From Parcubacteria group bacterium (GTDB lineage Bacteria; Patescibacteriota; Patescibacteriia; UBA9934; GWF2-40-263): 64,000 nucleotides of DNA. Below the pieces are notes generated by a model. The model made no database searches and was not told the origin of the DNA. It worked only from the letters and a program-made list of their open reading frames with translations. Below are positions 48,987 through 57,395 of this stretch, in pieces. A program made the translations under genes and the position numbers. Each line of letters begins with the position of its first letter. The first letter of the stretch is position 1. The stretch is from positions 9,007 through 73,006 of the forward strand of contig JABMNZ010000025.1 of NCBI GenBank assembly GCA_013204395.1, in the 5' to 3' direction.

Positions 48987-51900
48987 ATGCTAGACCAAAC
49001 CAACATCAAGGTTAATGACCAAACCGTTGATACAAAAGCGATATCAGAAACAGTTTGGGATTTTATGACATCTGTAAAAACCGTTCAGAAACGTAGCGGC
49101 GAAGAACAATCTTTCGACCAAAAAAAGTTGATGGATTCAATCCAGCATGCACTGCATGCTGCAGGAATGAAGGATGGACGGTTGGCACAAAAGATTACAG
49201 AGCAAGTGCTTACTCGTCTTACCCGCCAGTTTGATGGTCATACAATTCCATCTATTACAGACGTTCGCGAATTTGTTTACCTCACGTTTATTGATAATAA
49301 CTTGGTGCACGTTGCAAAATCATATAGTTCATTTAGGAGCACAAATCGTGAAGATGACCGTAATGAGAAATATGGGCATGGCATAAGTACTTCACGTTAC
49401 TTTACAAAACAAGGAGTTCATCCTTATGACGAGATCGAGTGGGAAAAGCGAGATGCGGTCATTAATGATTTCAAGGGAAACATAGTTTTTGAACAAAAGG
49501 GTGTAGAGGTTCCAAAGACATGGTCACAGACTGCAACCAACATTGTTGTTTCAAAGTATTTCTTTGGCACAGTTGGAAATGAAAACCGAGAGTATTCAGT
49601 CAGGCAGCTTGTTGGTCGAGTTGCAAAGACTATTTCAAATTGGGGGCGCAAGGATGGTTATTTTCAAACTCAAGAAGACGCACAAGTATTTGATGATGAG
49701 CTACATCACATTTTGGTAAACCAGATGGCAGCGTTCAATTCACCGGTTTGGTTTAATGTAGGTACAACACGTCCACAGCAGTGCTCTGCATGCTTTATCA
49801 ACTCTGTTGAGGATGACATGCGTTCAATTCTGAACCTATGTGTTACCGAGGGCATGCTTTTTAAAGGTGGTTCTGGTGCAGGTTCAAATCTTTCAAGACT
49901 TCGTTCTAGTCATGAGTACCTTGGTGGTTCAAATGGAAAGGCCTCTGGACCAGTGTCTTTCATGAAAGGATTAGATGCTTTTGCTGGTGTGATCAAGTCT
50001 GGTGGAAAGACACGTCGAGCGGCAAAGATGGTTATTCTAGATATTGGACATCCAGACATCGACAAGTTTATTACCTGTAAGGTGGCCGAAGAGGAAAAAG
50101 CATGGGCTCTTATGGATGCTGGGTATGACGGTTCTATTGATGGACCAGCTTATGCATCGATTTATTTCCAAAATGCCAACAACTCTGTTCGTGTAACAGA
50201 TGAATTCATGCAGGCTGTTGAAGATGATGGTGATTGGGAGACAAAAGCTGTAACGACTGGAGAAACAATGCAGACTTGGAAGGCACGTGAGCTCATGGCT
50301 ATGATGGCTGAGGCTGCATGGAAGTGTGGTGACCCAGGAATGCAGTACGACACAACCATTAACAAGTGGCATACCAGTAAAAACACGGACCGAATTTACG
50401 CATCAAACCCATGTAGCGAGTACATGTTCCTAAACGATAGTGCTTGTAATCTTGCTTCACTTAACCTTTTGAAGTTCCGTAAGGAAGTCAATGGTGAATT
50501 GATATTTGATGTAGAGGCCTTTAAGAGGGCTAACGAGATCATTATTACAGCCATGGAGATTCTTATTGGAAACTCTGTGTACCCAACACCTGCCATCGAG
50601 CAGAACTCTCACGACTACCGCCCACTTGGAATCGGCTATGCCAACCTTGGGGCCTTGCTCATGAGTCGTGGTTTAGCTTATGACTCAGATGAGGGACGAA
50701 ACTTGGCTGGTGCCATCACCTCGTTGCAGAGTGGACACTGTTACTATCAAAGTTCAAAGATCGCGGAAAAGATTGGGGCCTTTAATGGTTACGCCAAAAA
50801 TGCAGAGCCTGCCATGGAGGTCATGCGCATGCATCGTGATGCCGCTTACTCAGCGAGCAACGCCGGTGTCCCCGAAGAGCTCATGACAGAATCTCGGAAG
50901 TCTTGGGACAATGTGGTTGAGCACGGAAGCAAGTTTGGTCTTCGGAACGCGCAGATTTCAGTGCTTGCCCCAACGGGAACGATTAGTTTCTTGATGGACT
51001 GTGACACCACAGGTGTTGAACCTGATATTGCGCTAGTAAAGTACAAGTGGCTTGTAGGTGGCGGAATGATGAAGATTGTAAACGGAACCGTTCCTGAGGC
51101 GCTCACACGTCTTGGTTACACAGATGTTCAAAGAAATGAGATTCTTGCCTTCATTGAAGAAACAGACACTATTGAAGGAGCTCCTCATGTGAGACCAGAA
51201 CATTTGTCTGTATTCGATTGCGCATTTAAAGCCGCGAAGGGGACACGAACAATTCAGTATATGGGTCATCTTAAAATGATGGCCGCTGTACAACCGTATA
51301 TTTCTGGTGCCATCTCCAAGACTGTAAACATGCCTCACGAGGCAACCGAGCAGGAGATTGCCGATGTGTATATGGCTGGATGGAAGCTTGGTCTTAAGGC
51401 TATTGCTATCTATCGTGACGGATCTAAGCGTCAGCAGGCGCTTACAACATCTAAGGAATCAGATGCGAAAAAGCAGAACACGGATCGTGATCAGGAGGTT
51501 GAGGACGAGAAAGCACGTGTCATAGAGACTGTGAAGGTCATGAATGATAGGAAACTGCGACGACGACGACTACCAGATGAACGTCGATCCATCACACATA
51601 AGTTTGCCGTTGGAAATCATGAGGGCTATATCACCGTTGGACTTTATGACGACGGAACGCCAGGTGAGCTATTCATGACAATGGCCAAGGAAGGTTCAGT
51701 AATATCAGGTTTAATGGATTCGTTTGCTACGTCGATTTCGATCGGCCTTCAGTACGGGGTGCCACTGGAGGTATTGGTAAACAAGTTCGTCCACATGCGC
51801 TTTGAGCCATCTGGTTACACGAACAACCCACAGATCCGTATTGCCAAGTCCATCACGGACTACATCTTCCGCTGGCTAGCGATCAAATTCCTGCCACGTG

Positions 51901-52184
51901 AGAGTCAGTTGTCAGTAGGGATTAATGTGGTAGATGAGGATGTTGATGAAGCAGCTGTGTCGGGGGGCACAGGGGAGGTGGCAAAAGAAATGGTTGCAGA
52001 CAAAGCTGCTGATCAACCAAATCTTTTCCAGGCTGCTCCTGAACAGAGTGCAACCCGCGCTCACACACAAACCTTTGACAACCAGTCCGACGCACCAGCC
52101 TGCGACACATGCGGCTCCATCATGGTCCGCAACGCTGCCTGCTATAAGTGCTTGAACTGCGGTGCAACAAGCGGTTGTTCATAA
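48987..52184 (+). CDS. nrdJ: Adenosylcobalamin-dependent class II ribonucleotide reductase with N-terminal ATP cone and TSCPD C-terminal domain
   Basis: VQKRSG ATP cone, FNSPVWFN, SACFI, SNPCSE, APTGTIS, GAISKTVN, YRDGSK, C-terminal CxxC..CxxC..SGCS. Confidence 0.96.
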   Translation: MLDQTNIKVNDQTVDTKAISETVWDFMTSVKTVQKRSGEEQSFDQKKLMDSIQHALHAAGMKDGRLAQKITEQVLTRLTRQFDGHTIPSITDVREFVYLTFIDNNLVHVAKSYSSFRSTNREDDRNEKYGHGISTSRYFTKQGVHPYDEIEWEKRDAVINDFKGNIVFEQKGVEVPKTWSQTATNIVVSKYFFGTVGNENREYSVRQLVGRVAKTISNWGRKDGYFQTQEDAQVFDDELHHILVNQMAAFNSPVWFNVGTTRPQQCSACFINSVEDDMRSILNLCVTEGMLFKGGSGAGSNLSRLRSSHEYLGGSNGKASGPVSFMKGLDAFAGVIKSGGKTRRAAKMVILDIGHPDIDKFITCKVAEEEKAWALMDAGYDGSIDGPAYASIYFQNANNSVRVTDEFMQAVEDDGDWETKAVTTGETMQTWKARELMAMMAEAAWKCGDPGMQYDTTINKWHTSKNTDRIYASNPCSEYMFLNDSACNLASLNLLKFRKEVNGELIFDVEAFKRANEIIITAMEILIGNSVYPTPAIEQNSHDYRPLGIGYANLGALLMSRGLAYDSDEGRNLAGAITSLQSGHCYYQSSKIAEKIGAFNGYAKNAEPAMEVMRMHRDAAYSASNAGVPEELMTESRKSWDNVVEHGSKFGLRNAQISVLAPTGTISFLMDCDTTGVEPDIALVKYKWLVGGGMMKIVNGTVPEALTRLGYTDVQRNEILAFIEETDTIEGAPHVRPEHLSVFDCAFKAAKGTRTIQYMGHLKMMAAVQPYISGAISKTVNMPHEATEQEIADVYMAGWKLGLKAIAIYRDGSKRQQALTTSKESDAKKQNTDRDQEVEDEKARVIETVKVMNDRKLRRRRLPDERRSITHKFAVGNHEGYITVGLYDDGTPGELFMTMAKEGSVISGLMDSFATSISIGLQYGVPLEVLVNKFVHMRFEPSGYTNNPQIRIAKSITDYIFRWLAIKFLPRESQLSVGINVVDEDVDEAAVSGGTGEVAKEMVADKAADQPNLFQAAPEQSATRAHTQTFDNQSDAPACDTCGSIMVRNAACYKCLNCGATSGCS

Positions 52185-52245
52185 GAGATAATAAAACGAG
52201 GTCCTATGGCCTCGTTTTTGGTATACTGAATAAAATAGTATTTTT

Positions 52246-53931
52246 ATGAAAAGATTTTATTTACTCCTACTTCTTACCCTTCTCATTATCCCAGGGGTGA
52301 TCTATGCCTTTAATCAAGATCTGACTGAGCGGCTACATGGGTACATCTTGCTCCAGGTCGATCAGCATGGGGAAGCATGGTATGTGCGGGACACGGATGA
52401 CAAACGCTATTACATGGCCAATGGGGATGCGGCGTACTCAATGATGCGTTTCTTTTCTTTGGGGATTACAGACGCTGACCTGGCAACGATTCCTTCTGTT
52501 TCTGATACCACAGAGATGTTGGCATCTGCGTCGGCATGTGATTATAACTCCCTCGCTAACAGTCTCAAGGGAAAAATATTGCTTCAGGTCGAGCAACATG
52601 GGGAGGCGTGGTACATCTATCCGGATCGATGTCGGATGATTTACATGGAAGACGGAGCTGCGGCTTACACCATCATGCGCTTTTTGGGACTTGGAATTGC
52701 GGATAATGATCTTGCACAAATAGAGATGGGAAAAGTGGATGGCTATACCGAGGTTCAATACGATGATTCGACATCGATAGACCCCAATGAGACGAGTGAG
52801 TCCACGGCCGTATCATGGCCATCAGATATAGGAACGTCACATTTTGGTCGGCTGACAGAATTTGGACGGATTGACTCACAGCTTGAGGGGGGATGGGTGC
52901 GCCCACACTCAGGACCGTTTGTTTGGGATTGGATTGAGGGTACTCAGGGCACCTACCAATGGGATCAGGCCGATGAGGTCGTTGCTAGTCTTCAGGGGGA
53001 TCGTCAGGCCATTCTTGCTACGATCTGGGGATTTGCAAACTGGGATCAGGAGCAATGCCATGACAGCAGCGACGATACAAACAATGGATTCATTCGCACC
53101 ATGGATTGGATGCATGCACCGTGTGATGAGAGTGCTTATCTCGCTTGGTTAAGTGATGTGGTTGAGCGCTATGATGGTGATGGGGTCGATGACATGCCGG
53201 GACTTGAATACCCCGTCAGGCATTGGGAGATTTTTAATGAGCCGTCAATGCAAGATGGCACCGTCTTCTTTCAGGATGATGCTCAGACCTATGCTGAACT
53301 TCTGGCCGTTTCGTATGAAGCGATTTTAGCCGCTGATTCAAATGCCATCGTCCTTCCGGCGGGGCAAGCTGGAATGCATGCAAGTTCAGTAGCTTATTGG
53401 GATAACGTCCTTGGCGAGATTAGTGGCGTATTTGATATCGGAAACATTCATTCAATTTCATCGAGTAATGTTTTTTGGAGCGATGACTATCGAGACTATC
53501 TGGACGATTTTGGGTATGCAGATACCGATTTCTGGGTCACCGAAGCACTTGTTGGCGATTTTTCACAGAATCTTTCAGATGATGACGCGGCACAACTGAC
53601 GTTTACAAGCTATGTCAACGCCTTTGCAAACGGAGCCTCTGTTATATTCAACGTTGGCGCTCACGATCCAACGGGTGGGCCTGGAGAAGCCTCTGAAGAG
53701 ACATTCGAGATGATGGCTGCCTTCATTGGTGCGTTTAGCCGTGTTGAACGCATGGACGATACGACCGTCCTTTTTCAGCTACCTGACGGAACAACTGTTT
53801 ACGCAATATGGGACGGAGCCTCGTTACCAAATGGAGTCACCGGGACAATGAGTGTCTTGGAGTATGACGGTGATAGCTATCAGGCAGAAGCCGATCACGT
53901 CACTAGCACCATTCCATTGTTTGTTTATTAG
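52246..53931 (+). CDS. Secreted glycoside hydrolase (GH-A/GH39-like) with two N-terminal ILLQVEQHGEAWY repeats
   Basis: Signal peptide; RYDGDGVDDMPGL..HWEIFNEP; FWVTE. Confidence 0.75.
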   Translation: MKRFYLLLLLTLLIIPGVIYAFNQDLTERLHGYILLQVDQHGEAWYVRDTDDKRYYMANGDAAYSMMRFFSLGITDADLATIPSVSDTTEMLASASACDYNSLANSLKGKILLQVEQHGEAWYIYPDRCRMIYMEDGAAAYTIMRFLGLGIADNDLAQIEMGKVDGYTEVQYDDSTSIDPNETSESTAVSWPSDIGTSHFGRLTEFGRIDSQLEGGWVRPHSGPFVWDWIEGTQGTYQWDQADEVVASLQGDRQAILATIWGFANWDQEQCHDSSDDTNNGFIRTMDWMHAPCDESAYLAWLSDVVERYDGDGVDDMPGLEYPVRHWEIFNEPSMQDGTVFFQDDAQTYAELLAVSYEAILAADSNAIVLPAGQAGMHASSVAYWDNVLGEISGVFDIGNIHSISSSNVFWSDDYRDYLDDFGYADTDFWVTEALVGDFSQNLSDDDAAQLTFTSYVNAFANGASVIFNVGAHDPTGGPGEASEETFEMMAAFIGAFSRVERMDDTTVLFQLPDGTTVYAIWDGASLPNGVTGTMSVLEYDGDSYQAEADHVTSTIPLFVY

Positions 53932-53949
53932 ATTCAGTTATTAGTGAAG

Positions 53950-53980
53950 AAAAACATTCGCCATGAGGCGGATGTTTTTT
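53950..53980 (+). terminator. Intrinsic terminator
   Basis: aaaaacattcgcc-atga-ggcggatgtttttt. Confidence 0.75.
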
Positions 53981-54017
53981 GATGGTGACATGGTGTGATT
54001 ATGAGCAAATCAGTCCC

Positions 54018-54053
54018 GACGGAAATACCGACGGCCGTCGTATAAATGGTTTT
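54018..54053. repeat. Palindromic repeat, copy 3 (solo)
   Basis: gacggaaataccgacggccgtcgtataaatggtttt. Confidence 0.75.
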
Positions 54054-54131
54054 AGATCTTTCTCAATCAGACAACCATTTAAATGATCCATGTAAAGAAA
54101 AAAGACCCCTGCGTTGGGGTCGGTCGTGGGG

Positions 54132-54551
54132 TCAGGGGGTGTCGGACTTGAGCGGTGGGAGGTTCAGCGGTTCGCCGATCCAAACGATCTGGTCGCGAAC
54201 ACGTTGCCTCACGTGGTCGTTGAACGCGATTTCCTCGCTGTAGATGAGGAGGCCTCCGGTGTGTTGAATCCGGAGTCCGCGCTCTGTCAGGATGCACACG
54301 GCGGGGATCCCACCGGAGACACATGGGCGGACGTTCTCTCTCCAGGAGATGACGGCCGGAGTGACGGCCCTCTTGCAGTTTCCCGCGCCCCAGATGTCGG
54401 CGTAGGCTTCACTGCAGATCTGCTCGACGATCATGTCGATCTCAGCTTGCTCTTCCTTGTCAGGGTTGAAGATCCATGACACTCCCCCAACAAGCAGAAA
54501 AAGCATCCAGCCGATGAGTCCGGCAACCCAGAAGTATCTCAATGGATTCAT
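54132..54551 (-). CDS. Membrane-anchored hypothetical protein with 4 Cys (GC-rich islet)
   Basis: GGGAG SD before ATG 54551 (MNPLRYF); TTGACA-17-TAGATT promoter at 54692-54664. Confidence 0.65.
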   Translation of the reverse strand: MNPLRYFWVAGLIGWMLFLLVGGVSWIFNPDKEEQAEIDMIVEQICSEAYADIWGAGNCKRAVTPAVISWRENVRPCVSGGIPAVCILTERGLRIQHTGGLLIYSEEIAFNDHVRQRVRDQIVWIGEPLNLPPLKSDTP

Positions 54552-54742
54552 TGTGTTGGTCTCCCAGTGGTTACGCCACGAACCGTTCGTTGTGGGACTA
54601 CTTGAGTAGTAGCTTTCTAGGCTTACCCAGCCGTAAGGGGGTCTTGGCTTGCAAGAACGAGTTAATCTAGCCATATTTTCGTTCTTTGTCAACCCAAAGA
54701 GATCATAGGGTTGGTTATACTTTCTGATATACTACTTTCCAT

Positions 54743-55750
54743 ATGGAAAAGAAATACGTTGCTAATAAGGCGTTTATTGTGAATCAAGCTGGGAAAGTTC
54801 TTATGCTTCGCGATGCTGGGAAAGGCGATCATGTAAATGCGAAAGGGAAGCTTGGGTTTCCTGGTGGGCGCATGGATCGAGGTGAGACACCTCAAGAGGG
54901 TCTATTGCGCGAATTAAAAGAAGAGATTGGGGTTGAGGAGGGGGCACTCGATATCGGCCCACCGATTCATGTGAGTATCTGGGGTATAGGGGGAGATGTC
55001 CTTGAAAAGCCAATCATTGGAATTCACTATTTGTGTCGACCTCGTGGAGAGCTCACGATCACACTCTCTGACGAGCATGACGAGATTGTCTGGATTGATC
55101 CAAGGCAGTCTCTTCCAGAGGAACAGACAGATCACGACCTTAGAGCTCTTCTAGAGGCGTATAGGGCGCATGAGGGTATTGTTGTGGCGGCAGATGTGGC
55201 GATTAAGGGTCGACAGGGATACGGACTTATTCAATTATTCACAGGCAATGGTAAAGGTAAGACAACGGCTGGTATAGGTGAGGCGATTCGGGCTGTGGGT
55301 GCGGGTAAAAAAGTAGGAATTGTCTTTTTTGATAAGGGTGGTGACGATCATTATTTTGAAAGATTGGTGCTTGAAAAGCTTGATGGTGTTGATTTTGTGG
55401 CTACAGGTAGGGACAGAATTCATCCTTCCACAGGAGCGTTTGACTTTTCAATTCAGGACCTAGATTTGGTAGAGGCGCAGCGTGGCTTGGGGGAAGTCCA
55501 CAGGATGTTCACCGAAGGATACGATCTTGTCATCATGGACGAGATTAACTCAACAACAGACCTTGGTATGATCTCTGTGGAATCTGTTTTGGCAGCACTC
55601 GACAAGAAACCTGAGGGTACTGAGCTCATCATGACTGGCCGAAATGCTCCTCAGGAATTTCTTGATCGTGCGCATCTTGTCAGCGAGATGAAACTTAGGA
55701 AACACTATTTTTATTCAGGCGTGAAAGCACGTGAAGGCCTTGACTACTAA
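54743..55750 (+). CDS. cobO: NUDIX domain fused to cob(I)alamin adenosyltransferase (CobO/BtuR)
   Basis: PGGRMDRGETPQEGLLRELKEEIG; then FTGNGKGKTTAG, DLVIMDEIN, ELIMTGR, KHYF..GVKAREGLDY. Confidence 0.88.
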   Translation: MEKKYVANKAFIVNQAGKVLMLRDAGKGDHVNAKGKLGFPGGRMDRGETPQEGLLRELKEEIGVEEGALDIGPPIHVSIWGIGGDVLEKPIIGIHYLCRPRGELTITLSDEHDEIVWIDPRQSLPEEQTDHDLRALLEAYRAHEGIVVAADVAIKGRQGYGLIQLFTGNGKGKTTAGIGEAIRAVGAGKKVGIVFFDKGGDDHYFERLVLEKLDGVDFVATGRDRIHPSTGAFDFSIQDLDLVEAQRGLGEVHRMFTEGYDLVIMDEINSTTDLGMISVESVLAALDKKPEGTELIMTGRNAPQEFLDRAHLVSEMKLRKHYFYSGVKAREGLDY

Positions 55751-55758
55751 TGGTATTC

Positions 55759-55789
55759 AAAACTCCCCCGCGTAACGGGGGAGTTTTTT
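55759..55789. terminator. Bidirectional terminator
   Basis: aaaactcccccg-cgtaa-cgggggagtttt between convergent genes. Confidence 0.85.
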
Positions 55790-55790
55790 G

Positions 55791-56522
55791 TTACCGATAC
55801 TTTTCAACGAATCTACGCAGGATTTCCATAGGCACGGAGATCTCCTCTTTTTTACACCTTTCTTTTAAAGCCTCCGCTTCTTCAGGTGGGAAGTAGCCTT
55901 CATTTTTGTAGACATCGATTCGATCACAGACCCCTACGTTATCCAGCTCTGGGTGAAACTGAGTTGTGTAAACATTCTTTCCGATTCTGAATATGTTGTA
56001 AGGACATTGTTCAGATGATGCTAGCCACACAGCACCATTGGGTAGTTCCTGGCAGGCTTCTTTATGGCCAGTGAATGCTTGAAATGTGCTTGGCAGCCCC
56101 GTGAGAAGAGGATCGTCTTGGGCTTCAGGCTTTAACTTTATGGTGACACTCCCAGCGGCTTCCCCATACTTTTCCTTTGATACGAGACCTCCATGTTCTC
56201 GTGCAAGAAGGCCAAGTCCGTAGCACGCGCCAAAATAGGGAAAGTCCTTTGCGACAACACGTCTGAGTATTTCAGACAGCCATGCTTCTGCGGCAAGCTG
56301 GCGCTCGGACTTTTTCTCCTGAGCGTCGCTAACATTCCATGGTCCACCACCAACAATGATTCCTGAATAATCTTCAAGATTAATATCAGTAAGCTCGTCA
56401 GAGTCCATACGCATTCGAAATACATCTTCGGCGTTCATGTCGCCGTATTTCAAAATCGCGTCGAACTCGCCTTTAGAGACAAGGTCATTCTTACGTAGCT
56501 GTAAAATCAAGAATGGTTTCAT
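55791..56522 (-). CDS. Type 1 glutamine amidotransferase (GMP-synthase-like, stand-alone)
   Basis: GGGP, GACYGLG, QFHPE catalytic triad. Confidence 0.9.
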   Translation of the reverse strand: MKPFLILQLRKNDLVSKGEFDAILKYGDMNAEDVFRMRMDSDELTDINLEDYSGIIVGGGPWNVSDAQEKKSERQLAAEAWLSEILRRVVAKDFPYFGACYGLGLLAREHGGLVSKEKYGEAAGSVTIKLKPEAQDDPLLTGLPSTFQAFTGHKEACQELPNGAVWLASSEQCPYNIFRIGKNVYTTQFHPELDNVGVCDRIDVYKNEGYFPPEEAEALKERCKKEEISVPMEILRRFVEKYR

Positions 56523-56591
56523 ATAAGATCAATAATAATATTGAGTTCGAAGTTTGACAACTATTTATTCTCACGTATGATGATTCTAGGT

Positions 56592-56642
56592 ATGAATACA
56601 CAGATCCACACAACAACTTCACGCCGCCGCGGTCGCCACTAG
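56592..56642 (+). CDS. Leader peptide MNTQIHTTTSRRRGRH
   Basis: 16-codon ORF right after TTGACA..TATGAT promoter, ending CGC CGC CGC GGT CGC CAC TAG. Confidence 0.75.
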   Translation: MNTQIHTTTSRRRGRH

Positions 56643-56704
56643 GACGATCCGCGTTTTGTTATCATGCAACCGAGAGTCGTCCATAGGGCGACTCTTTTTG
56701 TTTT
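56628..56704 (+). promoter_or_regulatory. Ribosome-mediated transcription attenuator
   Basis: 1:2 cgcggtcg/cgatccgcg; 2:3 ggacga/tcgtcc; 3:4 terminator agagtcgtcc-ata-gggcgactct-ttttgtttt. Confidence 0.75.
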
Positions 56705-56723
56705 ATCTAAAAAGGAGACGTCC

Positions 56724-57233
56724 ATGCCGACGATTCACACACATCCCTCATCTGTCCCGGATCACGTCTGGGACATCATCTCTGTGGCCACCACAGCAGA
56801 GCCAAAGATCGATTCCACCCGCAACACCCCTGAGAACCTCAAGGGTCTCTACCAGCGCCACCTTGCTGTGGTGCTCATGGCAGAAGGGGAGCCGGTCGGA
56901 TTCATCGCGGCCTGGCCGGTGGAAGATGGTTTCGCGGAGATCGGCTCCATCTGGATTCGCAGTGATCATCGTGGCAGGGGACTCAGTCACAAGCTATACG
57001 ATGCCGTGGCAGGTCTCAGAGGAATCAAAGAACTGGTGGCCTTCGGGGTCACAACCAACCCTATTTCCGTTCACGTCGGAAAGCGCGTAGGGCTGACGAT
57101 CGTCGATGACTGGAGCCGCCCGGTTCCCATGCATCTGACCTGCGGGCCTTGCGAGCTCATCGCACTCGCTGATCAGGCTACGTGTCCAAAACGAGGGACA
57201 TCATGTTGGCTTAGGGTCATGAAGCCTAAGTAA
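56724..57233 (+). CDS. GNAT N-acetyltransferase with Cys-rich C-terminus (short ArgA-like)
   Basis: AEIGSIWIRSDHRGRGLSHKL acetyl-CoA motif A; C-terminal CGPC..C..C; SD AAGGAG. Confidence 0.8.
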   Translation: MPTIHTHPSSVPDHVWDIISVATTAEPKIDSTRNTPENLKGLYQRHLAVVLMAEGEPVGFIAAWPVEDGFAEIGSIWIRSDHRGRGLSHKLYDAVAGLRGIKELVAFGVTTNPISVHVGKRVGLTIVDDWSRPVPMHLTCGPCELIALADQATCPKRGTSCWLRVMKPK

Positions 57234-57245
57234 CGCCCCGCACCA

Positions 57246-57277
57246 CCTGCCAGGACATACGGTCACGGCAGGTTTTT
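57246..57277 (+). terminator. Intrinsic terminator
   Basis: cctgcc..gac-atacg-gtc..ggcagg-ttttt. Confidence 0.7.
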
Positions 57278-57284
57278 CTTATCT

Positions 57285-57306
57285 GTCGGAAGCTAAGCTT
57301 CCGGCC
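57285..57306. repeat. REP-like palindrome, copy 3
   Basis: gtcggaagctaagcttccggcc. Confidence 0.85.
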
Positions 57307-57362
57307 CGTGGGGGTTTTCTTAGCCTTTCTCGTTCCAGTGCAGGTTGTTTATGTAGGTATTT

Positions 57363-57390
57363 AAAAACCCCGATGTCGTATCGGGGGGGG
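57363..57390 (-). terminator. Terminator of the minus-strand operon
   Basis: ccccgat-acgac-atcgggg-ttttt on the minus strand. Confidence 0.7.
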
Positions 57391-57395
57391 GTGGA

